Positions 9,257 to 18,948 are shown, counted from the stretch's first letter. The stretch is DNA of 36,571 nucleotides from a bacterium (GCA_046758365.1 JBHIAC010000018.1:1-36571); one strand, 5' to 3'. Notes: a model not told the origin generated them from the sequence alone. Made by a program: numbers and translations.

Positions 9257-10564
9257 GTGTTTTTTAAGTATATATATAGATTTATAGCCGTTGTGGCGGT
9301 AGCTGTCACAATTAGCTGTAAACAAAACAGCCCGAATAGTCCACAAGTAACGGGGCCAGCTAAATTGATTTTCGATTCCCATTGGGCGGAGGTTAGCGTG
9401 GATGTAACTCCCGGCTACGCTGAAGAGCGTCAATACTATCGGTACAAGATTGAATATCATTTCGAAAATGCTGGCGGCTTTATCGAATTTATAGATTATG
9501 ATTTGGGAGACAGACGATTGGGGATTAATCGCCATTTTGCTCCTGAGTTTGCTGTGGAAGCCGGAAAGAAAGATAGCCTAAGTCAAGATGCCTTTGGACC
9601 AGTGATCCATAGCCAGGGCTCGGAGGTCATTTTGCACTCTGAGTTTCACGGCTTTTACATTATTAAGCTTGATAGCAGCGATGAAATGCAAACCCAAGCA
9701 TTTAGACTATCTATTTTCGATACGGTCATTGTTGGTCAACATATTGACAAAGAGCTGCCGGAGGAAAATTCTCGCCAAATTACAGTTGGCTCGCGTTCTA
9801 ATCGTTTCCCCAGTTGGTCGCCAGACGGCAGCCTAATAGCCTATGAATCACGCATCTCAAGTCAGGATTTTGATATTTGGACAATTACCATGAACGAAGG
9901 CATGGCGATACAAATAACTGCCTCCAACGCAAGCGAACAGCCCAGTTGGTCCCCAGACGGAACTGAAATCGCTTTTCGTTCCTCACAAAGTGGGAATTTC
10001 GATATATGGAAAATCAATTTGGTAGACATCAAAACTTGCCAGTTGACCAATGACCGGAGCATTGATAGTTTTCCATCGTGGTCTCCGGATGGGAACAGCA
10101 TAGCTTTCGCATCTGACAGGTTTGGAAGTGGACAAAGTGATATCTGGATCATACCATCTGAAGGAGGTGTACCAAATCAAATCACAACAAGCACTGCATC
10201 AGATTTGAACCCTTGTTGGTCACCAGACGGATCACAAATCGCTTTTAGTTCGAATCGAAAAGATAGCTGGGATATCTGGACAATTCCCATCCAAGGGGGC
10301 ACACCTCTGCAAATTACTTCTGATCCCGCCAATGAGCTTGCTCCCAGTTGGTCTCCGGATGGAAAGAAGATTGCATTTCAATCTGACCGAAATGGTAACA
10401 TGGATATTTGGGTGGTTTCCACAACGGATGGAGCATTGAAACAAATCACCACGCATTCTGGGGATGAGGGTAACCCAGTTTGGTCGCCAGACAGCACGTG
10501 GCTCGCTTTCGATACGCATAGGCGAGGAAGTACTCAGATTTGGATTATTCCAGTACAACCGTAA
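9257..10564 (+). CDS. Lipoprotein with TolB-like PD40 beta-propeller
   Basis: Lipobox-like VTISC; six P-x-WSPD repeats with DIW motifs. Confidence 0.88.
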   Translation: MFFKYIYRFIAVVAVAVTISCKQNSPNSPQVTGPAKLIFDSHWAEVSVDVTPGYAEERQYYRYKIEYHFENAGGFIEFIDYDLGDRRLGINRHFAPEFAVEAGKKDSLSQDAFGPVIHSQGSEVILHSEFHGFYIIKLDSSDEMQTQAFRLSIFDTVIVGQHIDKELPEENSRQITVGSRSNRFPSWSPDGSLIAYESRISSQDFDIWTITMNEGMAIQITASNASEQPSWSPDGTEIAFRSSQSGNFDIWKINLVDIKTCQLTNDRSIDSFPSWSPDGNSIAFASDRFGSGQSDIWIIPSEGGVPNQITTSTASDLNPCWSPDGSQIAFSSNRKDSWDIWTIPIQGGTPLQITSDPANELAPSWSPDGKKIAFQSDRNGNMDIWVVSTTDGALKQITTHSGDEGNPVWSPDSTWLAFDTHRRGSTQIWIIPVQP

Positions 10565-10597
10565 TGTAAAAGTTTCTCTTGCATTTGATGGGAAAGA

Positions 10598-11545
10598 TTG
10601 TTATTTATAAGATATTCCAAAAATAATATTTTATTGCAATTAGCAGATCGTATAGTTATGTTAAGATTTATTTTAAAACAAAATTCGCAACTTTTATTAC
10701 AATTATTCATTTATCTTTTTCTTTTTTTCGCCTGTTCTTCAATCTTTGCTTCTCAAATAGTGATAGGTTTAAATTGGAAAAGCGTGGTCGTTTGGCGTTA
10801 TTGGGAAATTATTGAAGGAAATCAAATTGAGAAAATGATAATCCTTAATCGCGAAGACACGGATATGACTCTCATTATGATGCTTACTAAAATTATTGAC
10901 GAGGGCGTTCGTGTTCGCACTGAGGTTGATACCGCCTTTGGTACCATAGGAGGACCTTGGCACATTCCTGCAAAAAATTTTATTACTGTAAAGGTTCCAA
11001 CTGTCCAAGGGATTGATTCTAAAAAATATCTATTCCAATTTGCAAAAAAAGGTGGCCAATCTTTAGGGCTTTTGCATCTGTCCAGTCGGCCAATTAAAAG
11101 TTCATTTACCGACAAAGCAATCATTACTACAGAAGGTCTAAACGGTAGTGGAGGTAGCTTTAAAAAATGTTGGTGGGAACATCCCACGAATACTTTAAGA
11201 AGTGGGGCGCGTAAAACAGTGCGATTAAACATCAATCCAATGAAGAATCCTTCTACGAAGGATGAACCTCGTTCAATAATAATTTCTAAATCAGAAGAGT
11301 CTCAAGATTTTCTTCCCCATTTAAAATTAATTGCAGTAAAAAGCAATAATTTAAAACATAAAAATATCGAAAGTGGGATTGAATATATAATTCCCTGGCA
11401 AAAAGTTACTAATATTATATACTCAATAAATTTTCAAATTGAGGCACCCTTAGTGAAGGAACCGACCATCGCATTATTGCCAGTGTGGCATTCAATAGTG
11501 GTAGAAGGACAAAATATCAGTTTACCGATGCTCGTAACACCTTAA
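10598..11545 (+). CDS. Hypothetical exported protein
   Basis: Long ORF with hydrophobic N-terminal segment; true start probably ATG 10658. Confidence 0.55.
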   Translation: MLFIRYSKNNILLQLADRIVMLRFILKQNSQLLLQLFIYLFLFFACSSIFASQIVIGLNWKSVVVWRYWEIIEGNQIEKMIILNREDTDMTLIMMLTKIIDEGVRVRTEVDTAFGTIGGPWHIPAKNFITVKVPTVQGIDSKKYLFQFAKKGGQSLGLLHLSSRPIKSSFTDKAIITTEGLNGSGGSFKKCWWEHPTNTLRSGARKTVRLNINPMKNPSTKDEPRSIIISKSEESQDFLPHLKLIAVKSNNLKHKNIESGIEYIIPWQKVTNIIYSINFQIEAPLVKEPTIALLPVWHSIVVEGQNISLPMLVTP

Positions 11546-11623
11546 ATATTGATATCTTTATAGAAAGGAAGCGATCGGATTTTAATGGTATATATCGTTA
11601 TTATCAAATGTTCAAAACCAATC

Positions 11624-11667
11624 GGGAATGGATGGGCGCCTGGTGGCCTCCGCGGTCTTCAAAACCG
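11624..11667 (+). repeat. attL: displaced 5' half of tRNA-Sec
   Basis: GGGAATGGATGGGCGCCTGGTGGCCTCCGCGGTCTTCAAAACCG identical to 25265..25308; no variable arm, T arm or CCA follows. Confidence 0.95.
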
Positions 11668-11798
11668 AAATGTTTTGACGTAAGCTGCTGTTTTTATTAA
11701 TGCCAATGATTTTAAAAGGGCCGTCCGTTGGCCCTTTATAACCTTTTTAAAAATCCATAGTTGTCCATTGCTGTCGGTGGGTGTATGTGGCAGTCGGA

Positions 11799-11820
11799 TG
11801 ACACCAGTTTGACACCAAAA
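11799..11820 (+). promoter_or_regulatory. Putative integrase arm-type binding sites (left)
   Basis: TGACACCAGTTTGACACCAAAA; counterpart at 25184..25204. Confidence 0.6.
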
Positions 11821-11876
11821 CCGGAATCACTGGTGCCTCCTTGCGTTTGATCTTATAGGGTGAACAAAAAGTCAAC

Positions 11877-11905
11877 TTGACATTTTAAGCTAATATTTTT
11901 ATATT
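11877..11905 (+). promoter_or_regulatory. Putative sigma70 promoter
   Basis: TTGACA-17 nt-TATATT. Confidence 0.6.
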
Positions 11906-12114
11906 TATGATTGTAAGGAGGAGAAATTGGAAGAAAGGTGATTGCCCCCTATCTCCTCAGTCAGCTTTCTATATATACATTTTTCGCCAAATTTCTCCAT
12001 TTCAAGGTACTCTTATTGTGTGACGATAATTGAAACAAGAAACGAACAGCAATAAAAATCGTAAAATAATTGTTACTTCAAATATGAATTATACCATAAA
12101 AAAGTAACAGGTAA

Positions 12115-12537
12115 TTGACAATGAAAGAAAAAATAAGCTCCTGGATACAAGAATCCAGCGAAAAAGCTTTAAAATTTGAAAAGAATGCAATAAATTTATC
12201 CGTTCATGTTCTAATAGAGCAAGAAGAAGATTTATATACTGCACACTGTTTGGAGTTTGATATAGTGGCAGATGGAAAGACAATTGAAGAAGTGGAAAAA
12301 AATATATTAGACGCGATTGTTAGCCATGTTGGATTTTGTGTAGCATATAATAATATTGACAAAATCTTAAATCCAGCTCCCCAGGAATTTTGGACTAAAT
12401 TCTATTTTGGAAGTGAAAAATTAAGAGAATACACTTTTCCAGAGGATTATTCAAAAGAGGATATTAATTTGAGCTCTGTACAGAAATTTATAAAAGATGT
12501 GAATTTTAGCAAATCTCAATCTCATGTTTATGCATAA
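12115..12537 (+). CDS. HicB-like antitoxin
   Basis: EEDLYTAHCLEFDIVADGKTIEEVEKNILDAI HicB-type N-terminal pattern; ATG at 12121. Confidence 0.7.
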   Translation: MTMKEKISSWIQESSEKALKFEKNAINLSVHVLIEQEEDLYTAHCLEFDIVADGKTIEEVEKNILDAIVSHVGFCVAYNNIDKILNPAPQEFWTKFYFGSEKLREYTFPEDYSKEDINLSSVQKFIKDVNFSKSQSHVYA

Positions 12538-12543
12538 GCATCA

Positions 12544-12744
12544 ATGCCTAAACCTAAAAGGCTTAAGAAATACGATATAATTGTTGTAAAAGAGAGAGGA
12601 AAGGGAAGTGAGCGGATGCTTTATCAACCATCTACAAAATTGAACTATCCTATAAAATGTCACAGTGAAAATTAGGAATATAGTATTGGTATGCTTAAGG
12701 CAATTCAGCGCAGGTTTTCGCTTCCTGATGATTTCCTATTTTGA
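12544..12744 (+). pseudogene. HicA-like toxin with in-frame TAG
   Basis: MPKPKRLKKYDIIVVKERGKGSERMLYQ...PIKCHSEN*(TAG 12673-12675)EYSIGMLKAIQRRFSLPDDFLF. Confidence 0.6.
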
Positions 12745-12773
12745 TGTAATTTGAAAATTTGAAAAAAATATTA

Positions 12774-12801
12774 GGCTCCAGCATTCTATTGGAGTTTTTT
12801 T
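12774..12801 (+). terminator. Terminator-like hairpin after hicBA
   Basis: GGCTCCA-GCATTCTAT-TGGAGTT followed by a T run. Confidence 0.45.
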
Positions 12802-12969
12802 GTTGGGAATCAATTCATACTGTGCTGTATTAAATTAAGAAACGGCATTTGTATCTTAGGGTTGAACAGGTCTAAATGAAGTTTGTTTAAAAACCCGTCG
12901 GGGCTTATGCGTTTGACCTACGCAGTCCGGCCTCGGCGGGTTTTTTGTTTTGAATTGCACAAAAACATC

Positions 12970-13740
12970 ATGGTAGAAAATTTTCCAGAAGAACTCGATT
13001 ATTTTGGGGACACATTCCCGTTATGGCCTAAGAACAAATCGTTATATTTAAAAAGTCATCTTATTTCAAGGCAGCAAATCACTTCGGCGCTTTTCCAACA
13101 ACTTGCATACCCTTTTTTGGGCAAAATAAAGGGAATAAAATATGGGGTACATAACGCTACCAAATCAATAGAAACTCAAGCAGATAAAATTAAGAAGGCT
13201 TTATCAAAATACAAAAAAAAGAAGGCTGAAAATTTGTTTTTTCTTTGTGGCATAGCCCTTTCTTATGAATATAGGAGAGCGTCATTGGTAAAATCTAAAG
13301 ACATGTTCGAACGCGATAAAAAATTTGTAAAATCCTTTCTTAATAGTGAAAGCCCATCAGGGGCAGTTGACGAGATTCAGGAAAAGATATTTCTTATAAA
13401 TGGCGGCAAGAAATGGGATTATCGTAAAATTCTAATGAACATTTTCGGGAAAGACTACACTAATCGTTCTTCCCAACTAAGAAACTCTGTGCGTCAAATT
13501 GTTAAACTTCTATTAAGACCTATAAAACCTCCAACACTGAAAGACGTTTCAGATGGAAAAATCTCCCTGGAAGAATATCATAAATATTACCAAGAGGATG
13601 TGAAACGTATTATCCAACAAAAATGTAAAATTGCCGAAAATCTACTAAGATTTTTTCTGATTGAGCTTAGTGAAGATCAAATTAAGGAATATTATTATAG
13701 ACCGGGACTATTTCGTGGAGAGCCTATAAAATGTGATTAG
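12970..13740 (+). CDS. Hypothetical protein (element cargo)
   Basis: Long ORF; ATG 12970 preferred because the upstream TTG start lies at the edge of a hairpin. Confidence 0.65.
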   Translation: MVENFPEELDYFGDTFPLWPKNKSLYLKSHLISRQQITSALFQQLAYPFLGKIKGIKYGVHNATKSIETQADKIKKALSKYKKKKAENLFFLCGIALSYEYRRASLVKSKDMFERDKKFVKSFLNSESPSGAVDEIQEKIFLINGGKKWDYRKILMNIFGKDYTNRSSQLRNSVRQIVKLLLRPIKPPTLKDVSDGKISLEEYHKYYQEDVKRIIQQKCKIAENLLRFFLIELSEDQIKEYYYRPGLFRGEPIKCD

Positions 13741-13785
13741 CTTTCCACAATAATTTTAATTTCTAAATAAATATTGATAAATTAG

Positions 13786-13811
13786 AGGCGTTGACTTTCA
13801 ACGCCTTTTTT
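13786..13811 (+). terminator. Terminator-like hairpin
   Basis: AGGCGTTGA-CTT-TCAACGCCT-TTTTT. Confidence 0.6.
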
Positions 13812-13826
13812 ATTTTAAGAGGAATT

Positions 13827-14051
13827 ATGCATAAGATAAAAATATTGCGAGAGCATAAAGGATTTAGACAGTACATATTAGCGGGATTCTTAGGCATTTC
13901 ACAGACCGAGCTATCCATGATTGAAAACGGTCGCAAAGTCCCAAGTACGGCCTTGGCCGAGCGTATTGCTAAAATTTTTGGGGTAAAAACTGAGTTGTTA
14001 TGGCCGGAATTAAAAAGCAAAGGAGAAAAAACAAATGCGAAATCTAAATGA
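13827..14051 (+). CDS. XRE/Cro-like HTH regulator
   Basis: KIKILREHKG..QYILAGFLGISQTELSMIENGRKVPS..LAERIAKIFGV; RBS GAGGA. Confidence 0.88.
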   Translation: MHKIKILREHKGFRQYILAGFLGISQTELSMIENGRKVPSTALAERIAKIFGVKTELLWPELKSKGEKTNAKSK

Positions 14052-14454
14052 CGAATTGGATAAAAATGATAGATACCCTCCTTCATGGTATCTAAGCGAA
14101 GGTGCCAAAGTAATAGGAAAGATAGCGGCATATAAAAAAGCTTATACGTCATATGGATCAGCTTGGGTTTGTCAAATCGAGGACGAAAAAAAAGGTCTGC
14201 TTTCAGTTTGGTTAACTCATACGGTGCTTCTGGACCAATTTAAAAGACTAAAACCAAAAATAGGTGAAAGAGTAGGGATTAAATGTCTAGGCAAACATCA
14301 AGAGAAGAAATATTGGCAATTTCGTGTAGTTGTGGACCGAGAAGAAGCCGAGGTCCCAATATTCGAAGAAATTCAAGCATGGGATAAAGAGGCCGAGGAA
14401 CTCACCGAAGAATCCAAGAATGAAGAAGAAATTGGGAATGGGTTGCCTTTTTAA
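14035..14454 (+). CDS. Putative single-stranded DNA-binding protein
   Basis: Beta-rich core with aromatic residues; acidic tail ending EEEIGNGLPF, resembling the SSB C-terminal DDIPF. Confidence 0.55.
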   Translation: MRNLNDELDKNDRYPPSWYLSEGAKVIGKIAAYKKAYTSYGSAWVCQIEDEKKGLLSVWLTHTVLLDQFKRLKPKIGERVGIKCLGKHQEKKYWQFRVVVDREEAEVPIFEEIQAWDKEAEELTEESKNEEEIGNGLPF

Positions 14455-14455
14455 T

Positions 14456-15163
14456 ATGAATGTTAGGAAACTGGAAATTGCAGCTGAACGGCTAAAGTGT
14501 ATCAAGTTAGAGAAGAAGAGATGTAGAAATCATCATCCGCCAAAACGCTGGCTGTCGAAACGCGAGCGGGAACTCATACTTGAGTTATTAACGTTACTTG
14601 CTTATCGAATGCGTTACATACATCTTATAAAACATGGCGCCGGTGAGAAACAGTTAAAGTATTGGCGCAGGGAAATCGACGGGGTGCATTACGAACACAA
14701 AAGCAAACTACGCGAGGCTTACGCTCCGCACTTCATTGCAAAGTATTTGCGTTGCGACGTCTCAATTGTGTACAACGTCCTAAGGCAATTTGCAAAAACT
14801 GGGGATGTCTTATTTTCGGGGGACTTGGGACGGAAAGATAGAAAGATGAAAAGGGCCAGCTTACAAAAAGTGGATAATGACTCAAAAGCCGGATCAATGA
14901 CTAATGCCTTGTCTACCGGTCACATGACAGCCGTCGTCGCGGACGGCGAAATCAAAAGTCCCACTTCCGTGAATGCTGACCCGTACTACCGAACTTCCGT
15001 TGGCGAGGATATTCTGCCACTGTACTGTAAATATAGTGATTTGCACTGCAAAAAGCAACAAGTTTTGAGAACATCCATTGATATCGCAGCCTCGATCTTT
15101 TTACAGCGGTTCGGATATCTGCCAGCGGAGATACGGCGACATAACGCACGTATAGTTCAATAA
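14456..15163 (+). CDS. Hypothetical basic protein, possible HTH/replication protein
   Basis: ATG 2 nt after the upstream stop; IAKYLRCDVSIVYNVLRQF HTH-like segment. Confidence 0.5.
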   Translation: MNVRKLEIAAERLKCIKLEKKRCRNHHPPKRWLSKRERELILELLTLLAYRMRYIHLIKHGAGEKQLKYWRREIDGVHYEHKSKLREAYAPHFIAKYLRCDVSIVYNVLRQFAKTGDVLFSGDLGRKDRKMKRASLQKVDNDSKAGSMTNALSTGHMTAVVADGEIKSPTSVNADPYYRTSVGEDILPLYCKYSDLHCKKQQVLRTSIDIAASIFLQRFGYLPAEIRRHNARIVQ

Positions 15164-15340
15164 TAAAGGCTATTACTGTCTGTTGTGTAATAAGGCTTGG
15201 TACGTCTTGATTGAGGGTATGTAAAATTTACATGGTATGCGATTATAAACCTAGATATTATGGCTGTCATTGTAAACAAGAAATTGCTGATTTCGAACCT
15301 TTTTTGAATTCAAGCAAATAATGCTTTCAAAACTTGAACT

Positions 15341-15562
15341 ATGGTGATTTTAACAAAAAGATTGCTTGACTCGAGGGAAACGGCGAAGTACATGTCGATT
15401 TCAAGAGCAAAATTATATGAGTTGGAGATACCGAGCGTTACAATAGGGAGAAGGCGATTATGGGATGTCGATGATGTTGATGATTGGATTGAACGGCTAA
15501 AAAAAGAGCAAAACGGTCATGACCGCAACGGTTATGATAACCATAGAGGCTATGGTAAGTGA
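15341..15562 (+). CDS. Excisionase/AlpA-like HTH_17 DNA-binding protein
   Basis: LLDSRETAKYMSISRAKLYEL..PSVTIGRRRLWDVDDVDDWI. Confidence 0.8.
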   Translation: MVILTKRLLDSRETAKYMSISRAKLYELEIPSVTIGRRRLWDVDDVDDWIERLKKEQNGHDRNGYDNHRGYGK

Positions 15563-15598
15563 TTGTAAATATTAATCAAAATCAAGTTTGGTGTCGGA

Positions 15599-16138
15599 TT
15601 GGTGGCGAATAAAATCAAAAAAGACGGTCGAAAAAAGAATGGCAAAAGCCGTGAGGAAATGCTTGAGGTTTCAAAAAACGGCACTGTGAGCATTAGTCAC
15701 GGCGGCCATGGTTTCCTTTCACGCGGCTTTGCCTTGCCAAACGATAATTGTCAGTATTTTCCTGATTGCGGCTGCCAAGAGCGGTGCAAGGCAATTGATA
15801 AGTTAGCGGAGGAAATGGAAATGGAATTGATGTCATTAGCACATATTGAATCTTGTGATTTGTTTCTTGTCAAGCAGTTTGTCAAGTTGGTGATATTCCA
15901 AGAAGTCGTTGACAGGTGGCTGCTTAAAAAGGACATCATAGTTGAAAAAGAAAATCAGATTAAGATGCAGCCAATATTCCACGTGTACTTTCAGCTTGTG
16001 AATGCGTCGCAGCGCTTAGCGGATCGTCTTGGATTGACGCCATTGGGCCGCAAGCAACTGAAAAGTAAGGGCAAATTAAGTGCATTGGCTAAGGCTTTGT
16101 TAGAGGTAGCACAAGAACAAAAAAAGGTTAATAAGTAA
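15599..16138 (+). CDS. terS: Terminase small subunit (P27-like)
   Basis: QPIF...SQRLADRLGLTPLGRKQL motif; directly upstream of TerL. Confidence 0.7.
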   Translation: MVANKIKKDGRKKNGKSREEMLEVSKNGTVSISHGGHGFLSRGFALPNDNCQYFPDCGCQERCKAIDKLAEEMEMELMSLAHIESCDLFLVKQFVKLVIFQEVVDRWLLKKDIIVEKENQIKMQPIFHVYFQLVNASQRLADRLGLTPLGRKQLKSKGKLSALAKALLEVAQEQKKVNK

Positions 16139-16139
16139 A

Positions 16140-17603
16140 ATGGATCAAGGGATTGTAGAAAAACTGAAAAAAGGCGCTAAGGACATTGTTTATTTCATTA
16201 ATAACTTTGTTGTGGATTCAGAAAGTGGCAAAGTGTTCAAGCTATTCAAATATCAGGCAATGGCTTTAAAGGAGTCATTTAAAAAAGACAAGAAAGGTCT
16301 ATTTCGTTTCTGGGAAATGTTCTTTTGTTGGCCGCGTAAAGATGGGAAAACTGAGCCTATGGGTATCGGAATTGCTCAGCAATTCTTGTTTACCCAAACT
16401 GGGATTTCAATCAAAGTGGTGTCTCCACAAAGCAGAGAACACACTGAGGGAATATTTGCAGACAAGTTGAAAAAATCCATTGATAAGAATTGCCTTTTTA
16501 GTCAAATGACGAATATTTACAAGAACGTGGTTGAGGTTCCTGAGCTTGGAAACAAATTGACGATTTTGCCAACCGAAGACGTTGGAATGTTAGGGTGGGA
16601 AGATCACGTTATAATTTTCGATGAAATTGGATTTCTCAAACCCTACCAATATGATTTATACTACAATCTTCAATCCGGCCAGGGAGCACTTATCGGGAAG
16701 GGCCGAGATGCGATACTTGTAGGAATTTCGACGTTTGGAGATGAAACCGAAGGCCATCCGCTTTATGACGCATATCAGAGAAATGAGAGAGGTGACGATC
16801 CGCGTCTATATTTCAATTATTCGAATAAGAACCAAAGTCCGCTTATTACAAAAGAATATCTGGAAAGACAGGAAAGGTTATTACCCCGACCTGTGTATTT
16901 GAAATTTCACCACAACGTACCAGGTGCTAAGTCCGGGGCTGCTATTTCGGTTGATGATTTTAACGCTATAATAAATCCTGAATTACGAAGGCAGCCAAAG
17001 ACTACCGAACAGATTCGAGTCGGTCTTGACGTCGGCGTCACTCACGACCCGGCTGCCCTTGCTGGCGTTGTTGCGCTAGGCAATTCCATTGCGTTGATAA
17101 ACTTGGAAGTGTGGGTTCCTGACAAGGATAATCCTGTTTTCTTGCCAGATTTTTTTGGCAGAGTGCGCGAGTATTTGAACGAGAACCCGAACTTCAAGAG
17201 CTGCAACGGCGACCCTTACGAGTGGCGCAGCGAATACCAGAAACTTGTCCAATGGTATGGTGAAAGCCGGATTCTACAATATATTTTTACTGAGGCAAAT
17301 CGAAAGAAGCTGTTCAAGAATTTCATTTCTCTCGTAAAGAATAGACAGCTTCAGATTTATTGGGACTGCGGCGAGGCAATTGAACTTTTCAAAAAGCAAG
17401 TACTGGGGCTTGTGATAGATTCCAATTGGCGTGTGAGTCATGGCAACTGGGGTGATGATTTGGTTGTGGCCACAGGGATCGCATGCATGGACGTTATTAA
17501 CGACTTAGGTGAAGGGGAAGGTTTTACACTGGAAAATTATCTGGAGCATGTCAAGGAACTGAATGAGTTACCGTACAACTTTGAAATTCCCACGGAGAGT
17601 TAA
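16140..17603 (+). CDS. terL: Terminase large subunit
   Basis: Walker A PRKDGKT, Walker B IIFDE, coupling motif IST, RNase H-like nuclease VGLDVG..HD and DDLVVA. Confidence 0.85.
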   Translation: MDQGIVEKLKKGAKDIVYFINNFVVDSESGKVFKLFKYQAMALKESFKKDKKGLFRFWEMFFCWPRKDGKTEPMGIGIAQQFLFTQTGISIKVVSPQSREHTEGIFADKLKKSIDKNCLFSQMTNIYKNVVEVPELGNKLTILPTEDVGMLGWEDHVIIFDEIGFLKPYQYDLYYNLQSGQGALIGKGRDAILVGISTFGDETEGHPLYDAYQRNERGDDPRLYFNYSNKNQSPLITKEYLERQERLLPRPVYLKFHHNVPGAKSGAAISVDDFNAIINPELRRQPKTTEQIRVGLDVGVTHDPAALAGVVALGNSIALINLEVWVPDKDNPVFLPDFFGRVREYLNENPNFKSCNGDPYEWRSEYQKLVQWYGESRILQYIFTEANRKKLFKNFISLVKNRQLQIYWDCGEAIELFKKQVLGLVIDSNWRVSHGNWGDDLVVATGIACMDVINDLGEGEGFTLENYLEHVKELNELPYNFEIPTES

Positions 17604-17726
17604 TGGGGCGAAGAGTTTCTTACGGCATTTCTCCTATGCTGTTAGTGGGAAGGGCGCCGGGCTTTTTTTCCCTTTTGTTCTCCCGGCGCCCGGAAAGACG
17701 CCAGGTTGCTGGTTCTTTGGTGTCGG

Positions 17727-17755
17727 GCTGGGTCGGGAATGCCGGCCCAGCTTTT
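17727..17755 (+). terminator. Terminator-like hairpin after terL
   Basis: GCTGGGTCGG-GAATG-CCGGCCCAGC-TTTT; a second hairpin GGGCGCCGGG/CCCGGCGCCC lies at ~17652-17691. Confidence 0.55.
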
Positions 17756-17853
17756 AATTAACATCTTTTGATTATGGAGGTGCAGAATAATGAATAATAA
17801 CGAGAAGAACAAATTTCTCAGAATTCGGAAAAAAGCAATTGGAGGTAAACAAG

Positions 17854-18357
17854 ATGAATGACGAAAATCCGGCCGAAGTTTTAGATCAGGCCATTCAGGA
17901 GTACGCAAAAACTCATGGCGTGGGCTATGTGGCCGCCTGGCGCGAAATCGAAAAGGAGCGGCCCGAGCTGTTCGAGGCTTACGAAAATACGTTTAAGCCT
18001 AAACCTGACCAGGCGGTGGAAGGCGATGACCAACTCATCCAGTCCATTGCCGAAAAGAAAGGCATCTCTTACGTCGAGGCGTACGATTTGGCGGAGAAGA
18101 AGATGTCAAAACCCCTTTCCTTCCAGGAGGAGATGTTTGTGGGAACCGTGAAACAGGGAGATTTTCCCGAATTAAGTCTCGCGACGATACGAAATCGCTT
18201 CCAGCGGGAATTCTTTGACAACGACCCCTACTACACTGAGCTTGTGGATGCCGCGTTTCAGGAGGGTGGCCCCCTGCACGACAGTGCCCTGTACGCGCAA
18301 GGCTACAAGAGGCAAACTGATAGTTCGGGAAATTATAATTGGAAAAAAGTGAGGTGA
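17854..18357 (+). CDS. Acidic hypothetical protein with duplicated helical motif (scaffold-like)
   Basis: GGAGG RBS; internal repeat AIQEYAKTHGVGYVAAW / LIQSIAEKKGISYVEAY. Confidence 0.7.
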   Translation: MNDENPAEVLDQAIQEYAKTHGVGYVAAWREIEKERPELFEAYENTFKPKPDQAVEGDDQLIQSIAEKKGISYVEAYDLAEKKMSKPLSFQEEMFVGTVKQGDFPELSLATIRNRFQREFFDNDPYYTELVDAAFQEGGPLHDSALYAQGYKRQTDSSGNYNWKKVR

Positions 18358-18363
18358 TGTGAT

Positions 18364-18948
18364 ATGTCAAAAACGAAAATAGAAAAGCAACTCCAGGAGC
18401 GCCGTGAGCAACTTGAAACGCTTGAAGTTGAGAAAAGCGATCTGACGGGTAAGATTTCCCAATTGAAGCTTAAGCGTGACGACCTGCTTTATGCTGTCCA
18501 GATCGAGGGCAAGCAGGACGGAGAGCTTGTCTCGGTCAAAAAAGAACTAGCCCGAAAGAGCGGACGGCTTGAGGAAATCGAGGCAATCGTCCCCAAGCTC
18601 ACGGGCAAGATCGAAAGCCTGGCATCGGAACTTGAGGGCGCACGCCAAAAAGAGGCGTCGGAGAAAGCCAAAAGACTCCATGAAAAGGGTCTCGGGGTGA
18701 GCGAACGGTATCACAGGGCGCTTCTGGAGTTGGAAAGCACCCGGCAGGAACTTGAGGGGATTCAAAGGGAATTGACGGCGCTCAACGGCCAATCGGGTGA
18801 CTGCCGGAAATACAGCATCTTGCCGCAGGCATTCCGAAAGCCGTTTCCGAGGGGTGCTTTTATGGACTCGTTTCGGGAAGCTATGGAGCACCGGAGAGGA
18901 TTCGCGTTTGACTTGGATTTGGTGAAAACGCTTCAAAAAAGCAATTGA
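18364..18948 (+). CDS. Coiled-coil protein
   Basis: GAGGTG RBS; L/E/K heptad pattern over ~140 aa. Confidence 0.75.
   Translation: MSKTKIEKQLQERREQLETLEVEKSDLTGKISQLKLKRDDLLYAVQIEGKQDGELVSVKKELARKSGRLEEIEAIVPKLTGKIESLASELEGARQKEASEKAKRLHEKGLGVSERYHRALLELESTRQELEGIQRELTALNGQSGDCRKYSILPQAFRKPFPRGAFMDSFREAMEHRRGFAFDLDLVKTLQKSN

Noticed and set aside
11624..11667. Second tRNA-Sec gene
   Set aside because: Identity stops after the anticodon arm; there is no variable arm, T arm or acceptor 3' strand, so it is the att fragment
11485..11700. 71-aa ORF across attL
   Set aside because: Overlaps the upstream gene end and the tRNA fragment; no coding hallmarks
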